Below, in pieces: positions 26,001-38,000 of a DNA stretch of 64,000 nucleotides (position 1 is its first letter; every line of letters starts with the position of its first letter). The stretch covers positions 17,298,001-17,362,000 of the forward strand of contig CM120641.1 in assembly GCA_051362555.1 (NCBI GenBank), read 5' to 3'. The position numbers and the translations under genes are program-made. The DNA comes from Lingula anatina. Taxonomy: Eukaryota > Animalia > Brachiopoda. The notes under the pieces were generated by a model. That model worked only from the letters and a program-made list of their open reading frames with translations. It was not told where the DNA came from and made no database searches.

Positions 26001-29000
26001 TATTCTGTTATTATGTGGTCATTATAGTTAAAGATAGTCTCTATCTTAGTCAAACAGGAAAGTCACATATTGATATTTTCCAGATTTTATCTAGCACAAA
26101 CTGTTTCAAAACCAGTGTATTTATCAAAAATTATGGATAGATATACTTATCTCTATGTTGTCTTACCTTTTTCAATATGATATCAATGTACCCTGCAATC
26201 AGCTGTGAAATCTGTTCACCCTCTGTGGTCTGCACTGAGTAATAGGAATCAGAGTAGTCTCCAAAATCCAGGGTGAAACTGTTAGGTGAGGCTGCCCACC
26301 TTCTTACTGTGGTGAGAGGCCAAGTTTTCAAGATCTGAAAAAAGAAATTATCATTTCATGTGAAATGATAGGCTACAACTGTGTTGTGATTTTTTTCGAC
26401 TGTAAAAATGGTTAATGTAAAAATTAGCCTTAATTTTTTTTTAAATTTACAATACCAGGCACTGATAATAGTGTAATATGCGTAACACTTTTTTCTTTCA
26501 AATTGAAATCAATATAACACTGTCCAATACCTCTTTTGTCTTTTCATCCACCCTGACCACACTGTCTTTGGTTATACCAAGCAACCTGGGAACAAGCTTG
26601 TTTTTGCCTTTCATTTTTTCCTGAGGTTACAAAACAAGAATTTCAATGTGGGCATGTCATTATTCTCAATTCTCATTTAATATCAATATAAATTAAAATA
26701 ATGCATGACTAGGACCAATTTTGTGGAATTTTCTTGTTTTTCCATACACCACCTGATGTATTCGAAATACTATTCTTAATCACCAAAGTTATGACTTCAA
26801 ACGTAGATGACTAATGGTTGTAGTGTACCTGAATTTATAACAATCAATATGAATTATACTGATGAAAAAATATCTGCTTTGAAATATCTTATATACTGCT
26901 TAATTAGGAATACAGCAATACCTGACTGTAACCAAATAACTTAATAATGAAAAATTCATAGACTGTTTTAATATTTTCTTTTGATTGTGATTCATAAGAC
27001 AAGATGATGCATCAAACCGTCAAGTGTGATCTCCATTCTTTACCTTGACCAGGAAGAACGTGATACCATAGGTCTTCAGAGACCTACACAGGGAACAGTA
27101 GCGAACTTTGGCATCAATTTCACTGGAACCTATCAGCTTACGGTGTTCCTAAACAGAAAATCAAAATATTTTAGGTTTTGTGTTGAAACTTTTGAGGTAT
27201 TTTTACTTGCTGTCTAAACAAAGGCTTATATTGTTACTTTCAGAAAATGCCTGTATACAAAATCCATCGTCAAACCACCAAAAGCTAGATAACATCTTCT
27301 GGTTTCCTGCTTGTGAAAGCAGTAGTCAATTTCACCAACTTCATTTGATTTAAAAAAAGTGTGGAAATAGGCCAAAATAGAGCACGTAAAAGTCTGATTG
27401 CTACAGGATTTTTTTTTACTTACTGCAAATATCTTCTTTTCGATTCCTTTAATTTTCATATATTCCTTGGGAAGGAATTCTTTCAACCTAGCAAACAAGA
27501 TTTTTCACAAAATCAATAAAATATCCAATAATTCAAATATTTTCATCATTTTTAAGTAATTTTTTCCTTTAAAAAAAACTGAACTCTACACAGAATATCA
27601 AATTAATGATAGTGCCAGCAATAAATGAGACCCAACTGGTCTGACCATAACTTTTTCAGAAGATGTAAACTTCCTTTTCTACTTCACTTCACTTACAGTA
27701 ACCATTATTCTACCATGTACTGCAATTAAAATTTTCCATTTAAACCCTTATCGATTTAAAAACAATCTTACTCCAAGAATCCAGACTTGTGTTTCTGTTC
27801 ATTGTGATCTCCAAACTGTATCTGGCATTGTATTCCTCCGAACTGCACAGCCTCTTCCTGTGTGACCGGGTGAGTGCCATTCAAAATACCATCACGACTC
27901 TGAAATTTGTGAAAAAACAGATGAGGTAAAGGTTTCTTCTCAAAAGGCTCACAATCAATTGCTGAAATATCCCCCTGACATTCAAACACTAATCCAGGCC
28001 TTTCAGATGAATCATATTAGTCATTCAGTTTGTATTAGATCCAAACCTTGATTTTAACACGTGATCATTGAATGAAACTACTAAAACATGGGATGAAAGC
28101 AAAAGGTTCTCAAATCAGACATTTTTCTTATTACCTGTACATATAGCAGATTCAGCTGTACAGGATCCCTGGCATCCACATTCTGGTCAGAGAAGAAAAA
28201 CTTCCTCCTCAATAATAAAGTTTCATTCTCCTCAACTCCTTCTTCTCTCAGGGACTTAGAATGGTCCAGCCAATTCACTGAAAAATTAAGATAGCAATTG
28301 GTGTTTTTTTTTCCAAAACTCTATTAAAATTGTGTTATGAAATATATACCAGCTAAATTACAAAGTTACATGATTTAAAAAATCAAAGACTCATGTAAAA
28401 TTGATTAAATAAGAGATGTTTTCTCAGTTTTACAAAAAGTAATATCTTACTTTAATAACTTTTCATTCCTACTCACTAAAAATGACCACACCAAAAACTT
28501 TTTTTTTCATTTTCTTACCTGAAAAAAATATTTGTAAAAAATCCTGTATAACTTACATTCATCATCTGTATGCAGCTTCTTCTTCAATTCATCTAATTTT
28601 TTCTGGTCCCTGGCCAAAGACTGGCCTCTTCTCAATGTCAGCGTCTTTTCCTTCTCTTCCTCCGACAAATCTCTCACCAATGAGAACTCATCATGATTCG
28701 TTACCCCTAAAAACACATAAAATTTTCTTTGGCACATGCAGATCTACAGCATTTTACTCCAAAGCATAGCTATGGTTTCCTATTACATTATGATAACAGA
28801 GAGAGAACAAACAACTTAAGGTCCACAAAAGTACTGCAAAATGCAGAAAAATGAATCATATCTTCCAAATGGGTTGTGGCAAATCAAAATTTTCTACATC
28901 TTCTTTATATTCTGAATCCATCAGATATAATAAACATTTGAGACATTGTCCGCATTCACAACAGCAGACTAACTAGTCTGGAGATCAAATATGGCAAACC

Positions 29001-32000
29001 ACTTAAAAGCCTTCCATCTAGTCCCCTAACAGACACTGAATAGATTCCCCGTGGGGATTATGTAACACGTTGATTTCTCACCTATTCTGGTGCAAATGGT
29101 GACCATAAGCTGTCCTAGGGTATGGCTGTCATCCACCTGCAGCGTCTTCACTGTACCATCCAACATACGTACTCGCAGGATACGCTGCTTCTTCTTGTAC
29201 TCCAGCAAATCCTGTAGAGAAGCAATTTTAAAATTGTTACTGAGATTCAACATACAGGATTTAAAGCAAATTTATTAAGGTTCAATTTCAAAACCATGGA
29301 AAAATTTTTCACAAGCAATATTGAAAGCACTGACTGAAAATTCAATTGATATCAAAACCTTCTTATGTTTATGAACTGATCGTGTCCCCACAAAAGCACC
29401 TCAAACAGCTTTATTTTACAACAAGTCAAATCTTAAAATTAAGTAGTCAAACTGCTTTAACTTTTACCACAATATAAATTAACTAATTAAAAGTTCCTTT
29501 GTTTTTTCTGTGGTTTAAAATATTGTCTATGGATAACATACCCCATTCCTCAATAAATAATACTCTAGGGTCCTGCCCTGCTCTAACCACACCCCCTTTT
29601 TGGGATCTTCATCTGCCAGAAACAGGCCATAGTCAGCAGCTGGAATTGAAGTAAAAAATATATCTGTGACTTCTTACTCTGATATTGCCTTTGTAAGCAA
29701 GGCTGCATTCAAATGTAATAATAGTTAGGATCATTTTTTAGTTCTTACTTTTCAGCCTTTCCTTTTCTTTATTTCCGTTCTTTGTTTTCAGTCTATCCTG
29801 TTCTTTTGCCCTTCCTTAATCCCAATCCTTGTTTCTTTCTTTAAACAGTCTTTTTTTTTACTGGCAAAAGTCTCAACCCATGAGTTTTTCTTTTTGTCTT
29901 TTCATGAAGTTTTGTTTTAGTAGGACATTCTTCTTATTTAACTCTACTTTGTTAATTATTTATATAGTAATAAGTAAGTATTTAATTATGTTTTATTTTC
30001 AACTTAACTTGTAAATATCTAAATAATTTCTCTAAAGTCTTATTCTCTTTACTTCGTTTAGTCAAGCCACTTACATAAATTTACAGGTCTTGTAAATAAA
30101 TATTTAAGTGAACCTTAACAAAGAATGTTTAATAACATAACATGAATACGATGGGAATTCATACATCTCTTACACAAATATTTCATATTTAATAATCAAT
30201 TAGGACTCCTATGTGAAGATGTATATGCACAGTACAAGAGCACACAAGCATATGCAAACCCATGAGTATGTGCATAGGCATACAAACAAACAATACATAC
30301 ACACAAACTAAATCCTCAGACCAAGAACCTCTAAACCGTGGATAGCAGCATTGTCCTTACTGGACTGTGGCGACACCTATTGTTGGATGACCATGATTCA
30401 CTTTTTTAAAACAATGCATTTGATAAAGACAGATAGTCTGCATCATCTCTGTTTGCAATATTATTTTCAATAAAATTCTCATCATTTGTCAGATCCACTG
30501 ATATGAAACGCATGTAAATATTTTTCACAATTCAATAACAGATTAATATAATAAGATAAATTAAATCCATGTTGGTGTTTCATCATTGGTTATCCTATTT
30601 TATCTCACAATATACTTCAGTAGATGATAATTTGATTTAAGGCATGGAATTGTGTCCATAATCAAGAGTTGTACACACAAAATGTTTTTTCACCCACAAA
30701 CTGGCTGACATATACATACTGTGGCTGTAATTAAATCAGAAATGTATAGGTATGAATAAACCACAAGAACAATGTCAATGCAATTCCTCTGCACAGTACA
30801 CATTATAGTAAGTGTAAGACTATTGACAACTAGTTTTTAATATCGTTAGGAGGTATGTGATGAAGTTGTGGTTAAATTAGTTCCTCATACGTGTATTGTT
30901 ATGAGTCAGAATACTCCAAAATGCAAGCAAAAATCAATGACACAACTCAAAACATCACAATTTATTTACAATGACTTATTTTAAACTAAATCAAAAATCA
31001 AACTCCAATTATACCAAGATAAACTTATCTTGAAGTGTCCACATCGGGGCTATCCTGTTTATTGTCCTTAAAAATTCCGCTCATTAACTTTTTTGCAAGT
31101 GCATCTGATTGTGATGACAGTCCAATATCCAACATTTACACACGTGCACTTTCAATTTCAAAGAAAAATGAGAATGAAAGCTAGTCCCCGGAGAAATATG
31201 TGATAGTTGTTAACAGTGCACTCCTTGAATCTCAAAGTTTCTGATCTAATCTCAGTGTCCATCACAAATACATAATTATCACAAATCTAGCGTTTTCCAC
31301 TGAGTTTCCAGTATATCAAATCTTGCACTAATTGCCATAATGTAACCCTCATTGATGAATGGTTATTGTCTAGAAAGTACAATTAATCATAAACTGTCAG
31401 AGCATAGGTACTAACACATAACTATCATTAGAATATCAAATACAAGTACACAACAGTATCTATAGCAAGTGAGACAAGATAAAGATGTATTTATCAATTA
31501 AGAAGTAATCTAGTTCAGTCAGATAGTTGGGCAGCTAGAGAAACCAAGTACAAATCCACACTTTGAAACTGCTCTATTCAGAACACAAACAGAAGAGAAC
31601 ATAATTGGGTTTTCTGTCCCAGTTAACATCATATAAAAAGCGTAGGTAATTAACTGTAAAAATTCTAGTGAAATAAGTCATACATCTTAAAAGGTAGTCA
31701 GTTGAGATAACATAAGGTTCTTCTTTCTTAATTAATTCCCACGACCTTAAGAGAACCCCATCTACTTAACCTCAAACCCAATATTACAAAGCACTAAGAG
31801 GACTCGGATTAACACTGCTTGTAAATATCCTGATAATATTATAGGCTTCCTGAACCACTTTCCTTATCTGTAGTTTAACTGATAGCAGGGCCAAGGTCAT
31901 ATTGTCAGTCCATCATGTGAAGATTAAAGGTACACAAAAGAGGATGTTGGCACCAAAATTCATATTTCACGAATTATCCCAGGGTAAACCTGGATTTACC

Positions 32001-35000
32001 AACCTTTTTGAAATCTTCCTTTTTTGACACTCGCCATAACTCTGTAACAATTTTAGGAAAAAGCCAAAGATCAAAACCTGCACATAAGGGGAGGTTTTTC
32101 AAAAACGCTATTCATTTTCATTTACTCTACTTCCAGCATTACTGAAACTCTTGTACCATAAATCACGCTTTTTTCAAACTATGTTAAGATGGCTATCTAC
32201 CGTGGTTGGACAGGGGACGGAGAATATGATTATCTTTTACGATATAGATAAAGGCCATTTATTTGTCAATTTATGTTTTAAAATTTTTGTCATCAAAAAA
32301 ATGTTCAACAAGAAAATTCAACAAGAAAATTCCAAAAATTGTTTAATCATAATTATCTATTTGTTAGTTACTTAAATCTTAACCTGGCATTTTATATATA
32401 TATTTTTAATACCTTATGGACTAGATATAAAGTAGCTTTACAAAAAAAATAATAATAATAAGTAGGGACTAAAAAAAATTCCCCTTTTCACACAAATGGT
32501 GCCAAAAAGTTCTAAAACTGGCAGTCAAGCAGCTGGATCTCATTTCCTCAACATCAGATGAAATAAGCAGCCCTATAAAAATAAATAAACAATTGGCTTT
32601 CTACATTGCCCAAAGCTATCAACTGCTATAGAGTGATTACAAAGAAGCCATATTATATGAATAAACCCATAAAACAAAATCTGTAAATCTTCCATACATA
32701 ACCAAACAGTTCATTTAGAAAAATACCATCTAGCTGTGAATCAATTATTAATGGACTTCATGCACTGACCTCTATGCCTTTCTTTCTTCTCACATATGCT
32801 ACTACGAGTAATAAAATGCAATAATTAAATACCTCATCAATTGCAGATTTGACAGATTCCACTGTCCATGCTACAGTATAAAAGAGCCTGGAGCATCTAT
32901 GCCCAGTGCAGTTTTTTTAACCATAAGATTTATAGTGGTTAAACTGGCTGCTGCGAAAAAAATATCTATCTACTGTGGTATATATAACTACTGCTGAATG
33001 ACATCTATTTTTTTTACTCCTGTTATCATTTTTCCTCAGCTTCCATGCTGTCTGTGGGCTAGCTAGTTCAGTTGTTTTCCCTGTGATGTGTGTTACGAGA
33101 TAGTGAACCAGCAATTCTTATCACAGGCAAGCAGCTTGTTTTGACTTGGAAAAATCATGTCAAACCTGGATGCTGAATTCATAATGATCTTGTTTTGAGA
33201 GTGAGGGCTTTGTCCAATTATCAGTTTTACTTTCTTTCTTTCTTTCTTGAATAAAAAGTGAAATGTTTGGCCACCTGTTTTACTTTCTCTTGAAGCTTGT
33301 TTTCTCTAGACAAGAAGCAACTTGGCAGCCTTTTATGTGCAAGGTTAAACAGTGCACTTGCTCCAAATAGACTGGAACCACAATTACCAACTAAAATCTC
33401 AGTTTGACAAATAATTCACATTACATGTATTTATCATTGGAATATAGTGTATTTAGTCAGAGTGATGATTTTTCATTTTTTAAAAATCTTTTAAAATGCC
33501 AAAAATAAAGACTTAAGACTTTATGACCAGTGCCTTCTTCTGTTCACATTATACAATACATCTGTCCATACTTCACTGAAATCATCAGTCTGGACAGAAG
33601 GCTGAAAACTTCTATACCAAATGCTGTGCAAATGGTACCTTCTGTTCACCAATGTAAATACACAATGGCAATGAAATACCATCATTATTTATGTGCTCAA
33701 TGCAACAAAAAAGTTTAGTAGACATGTAACATCAAAAAGGAAGTACACATTACGGATAATTATCCCAACAAGCCTAGAGACAACTAATCAGAACTAGGCT
33801 CGAAATTGTGCAAGACAAAATCTTCCAATAACACAATGTGATCACCAATCAGTTTGTGCTACAATATTCATATTAGTATCTATGTCCTCTTTGAAGATCA
33901 AAGAATTTCCTATCGCTCCCTATCTTTTGTCTAAGCCTTCAATACATCTCAAATGAGCATTATTTGCAGAATAAATTCAGTTATACTGAAAGTCTCTCTT
34001 GCAGCATACAATCAGATGCAATTATCAGATCTAAAATGCTTATCAAAAGAAACTGGATCTGAACTGCTTGCCATATGTCATGATATTAAACACCCCCTGT
34101 ATCCCCAGAGCATTGCCAAGAATATACATAGTATAGTTCTACACAATACTGCCTGCTGGGATGAAGAATTTCTTTCTTAGTTCAATTTGCAGATAATATC
34201 ACCTTTTTTTCCCTTAAAAATACATTTGCATGTCAGTAGTTGAGTAGTATTATTCTCTTTTAACATCTGTATAACAGCCTTGGTTTTAACAAGGAGTTAT
34301 AACAGAAGGAGATTACACGCGTGGGGGCGGAGCCCGTATTACGGTCTCTCATTGGTCGGAATGAATAGAACCCAGAGAACAATGGATGCCTATCTCTGTT
34401 ACGCTTAATTGCTACTCTCGTTTAAATCTCGTTTGTTAGTATCTGTGCCTTCGTCTGTTGATTTTTGAGGACAGAAACAGAAACGGAGTCCCAAGTTTCT
34501 AAAAAATGAGAGAAATACAGAATTTATATGATATTACGTTGGACAAGGTTTTCAAAAAACAGGTAAGTGCTTTTAAATGCATAAATACACGAAATATGAA
34601 GATAAATTGCAACTTTTATGTCGTAGGGTCTCACTGTGTAAGTGTCCAGCTACACGTTGATCTCGCGAGGTGGTGTGTGGAGAATAAATATTGCACGAAA
34701 AATATTTCCCACTCATAACAAGTGCCTATAAATATAGTATCAGATGAAGAAAGTTTGGTCTTTATACAGTTGCGAATGTTAAGTAATTTGTGGCAATAGC
34801 AAAGAATAAAACTTACGTGCACTTTCAGTAGCCGAATAACAAGCAGATGCTTAAGCCGCCATCTTGTTAATATTTCGAAAAAAAATTACTCCAAAAGACA
34901 TTTTCCTCCTACTTTTTAAAACTTGTGTCACATGACAGTCATAAAATTTAACCAATTGTTATGTGTGCAACACACTTGCTTGAGCAGTATTTTTTTTTTT

Positions 35001-38000
35001 GCGATTTTACATGTGGTCTAGCTTGGATACGACAATTGACAATTTTCATGAGTTCCGATCAAAAAGTGTTACGCTTGTTACGGCCAAAAGCCTTACCGCT
35101 TTTTGTACTTTTCAAATGCAAGATTATAAAAAAATTTGGTGTGTTTAGATTCTTGAACATCTTGGTCGTGGCGTGGTATATATTGCATGGATACTGCTCC
35201 AATATTTCTTGAAAAAAATGACCTGATTTGTTCAGAATACCAATTTTTTACTCTAGTGTTATGGGTAAATGTACCATTTTGGCCTTTACCTTTTTCATGT
35301 TTAAATCTAAAAAGACTTATCATGACAGTTGGTCATCATTTTTCTTCTCACCATGGTGGGTGGCTTTGGAGTGGTAACTTTGTTGTTAAAGTAAAGTGCT
35401 CAGTTTTTTTGACTGGAAAATTTTGCCTCCACCCAGCATTTTCCATCATGGCGGTCTAACAGGAAGTTTGACTTCACAGTGTCTTTGGTATAGTTATTTT
35501 TAACTTATTTCGTCTTCTTTTTACATAATTATATATGTTTTAATTCATATTAAACCTTTGAAAAAAGAACACACATGAATCCTGGTGCTTCTTAATTTAA
35601 AGTCTTAAGGTTTTAAGTTCACCTAGGCTCCAACAATTACTTTACCTGTTATCTCACTACACATCTCTCTTTGAGTCAAGGTGTGTAAGACACACCTTAT
35701 TGTGTAAGACACCTCTATAATTAAGGGGTACTTGCTTCTCTACTTAAATTATACTTCACTACTTTGGCATGTTAGGTGGCAAGCTTGGATGTTTCAGTTC
35801 ATTTTAAGAAAGAAGCTTTGCCTTGGTGGTTACAAAAGAATAGAACTCTATTAAGGTTTATTCATTACTTGAAATTAAATATTTCATCTTGTAGTGTTGA
35901 AACAGAAATTCTCTCAAAATTGATAATGAATTTGACATGCATATCTTAACAGTACTCAAGTTTTTTTTTTCTATTATAGATATGGGAGAAGGCTGCATTG
36001 AATATATGAATTATGGTCAGGCTGGAAAAAATTAAAATATGTCAATGAAAAAAGGAGGTCAGTGTGTCTGGGGTAAGTTACTTTTGTCATAATGCCCAAG
36101 ATGCATTAAACATTCACTAACAACAGTACCCTTTTTAATTTTTTTTTCAAAATACAACAACCTTGGGCATTTTCCTTTTAGCAACCAGCCTCTCTGAAAT
36201 CCCCTTTTTGTCCTGTCAGAAGAGTAGGAACCAGGGCGGATTTAAATAATTTCTTGTAATAAGTACAATTTCTTTCAATTTCTTGGGGTTATTAGCTTGT
36301 GATCATGAATCTTGATGTTCTATATAAATTTAGTTGTAAATTGTTCATTTATGTGGTGAACATTATTTCAGTCAAGTCATAACAAGACACATTAAACTTC
36401 ACTGCGTAATTCCATAATGTCTACATGGATACTAGTAGTTCATAATGCTATTATTATGTTTTTTTTTTCTAACCTACAGGTTTCTCTCTTTTCTGAGTGG
36501 TATGGCATTAGCAAGGCAGAAGAAAAGGCCCTGAAGAAATTCTCACTTGAGTTGTCCTTTTTGGAGAAGAAACTGGATAAGACTGGCCACCAGAGATTGC
36601 ATTAAATTAATAGTGCTCCTTTATGACATTTTAAAATATTTTCAGTCACCTAACTGACTCTATACATTGCAAAAGTGGACAAAAATTTTATGTTACTGTT
36701 ACGTGGAAAAAAATTCAAAACCTATATATAAATTGTTGAGTGCCATGGTATAACAGTCTACCTGATTGCCAGTGAAATTTCTGTTTCAGTGAAATTTCTT
36801 TAAAGCAGTCACTTACTGCTTATTTACCAGTTAATTTTTTCAGCTGTTACATTTTATAAATGTTCTTACTAAGTGTTGTCTTGATCTATAATAACCTTTT
36901 GAAAATCCCATGTTTTTTATCCTATTTGTAAGAATTAACCACTTTATCTTCTAGGATTTTTTTTTTCATTCGGCCCATTAGATTCTCAGACCTTGCTGGC
37001 CTGTAAGTGGAATAGTATCTGGCACAGACTGGTATCAGCAAGTCAGATAAAAAAGAATATAATTATTTCTATTTGCACGGTTGAAAAAAATGCCATCATA
37101 GACTGCATAAAACTGGAAAACTGTAGCAACTTAATCATTCTTTTGACTTCATTTATTACTGCTTATGTGTAAAATTTTTGTTTTTGTTCTTCTATTGATA
37201 TAATAAAATAGTTTTACTCACAGATGCTACTTTCATGAGTATAGAGTGCTTGAGTATAGAGTTGACTTAAAAGATATTTTAAGTTAATATAGTAAATAAT
37301 AGTTTGAAATTCAATATTCTCATCTTTATTTGTTTCACTTTAAAGAGCTCAGTGAATACTAAAATTTCTGATATATTTTGTACATAAATATATTTATGAA
37401 TGAATAAAAATTATTCTTAATGTATAGCACTGTGCACTTGTTTACCGACAAATATGAACAGTGTTAGTACGTGTCAAATAATCCTGAAAAAAAGGGAAAT
37501 TTCCAAGATAAAGAAATTTATAATGAGTTTTCAGTAAACTGACGTGTCGTGGCATTGCCTCAACCTTGGATTAAAATTTTAATTAAATGCATTATAATAT
37601 TAAAATTATACCGAGTGAGAGAAAAAATACTTTAAGAAATTTAAAACCAGATACAAAGCGTAGGCACTGTCACAATGTATATGTTTATGGGACCCAAGGG
37701 CAGGAGGTTCCAAACGTTAATGTATTAATATTATGTCCTTTGGCAGTGAGGACAGACGTTCACTTGAATGTCATTTTCACAAACCACAGTTGGGACGTTT
37801 TCTTTTGACTTCTCCTTGGTGATTTTTCACCGGGTTGTGCCATAAAAAGCCATCTATCACCGACTAAAAAAAGCTCATGGCGACCATCCTCAGTCACCAC
37901 CTTATAATCGCTTTCTATGATATAGTTCCCTTCCAGCACATCGTCCAAATAATTACCTGTGAAAAAAATCGTCAGCATACAGCGGCGCTTTGACATTACT

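Noticed and set aside
493-29278. Plus-strand ORFs overlapping talin exons (e.g. 9421-9822, 17031-17285, 23217-23546, 25504-25953)
   Set aside because: These are antisense shadows of Ala-rich coding exons with no independent coding evidence.
30368-30385. CTCF-like motif gcgacacctattg
   Set aside because: It has three mismatches to the consensus, is isolated, and is expected by chance in 64 kb.
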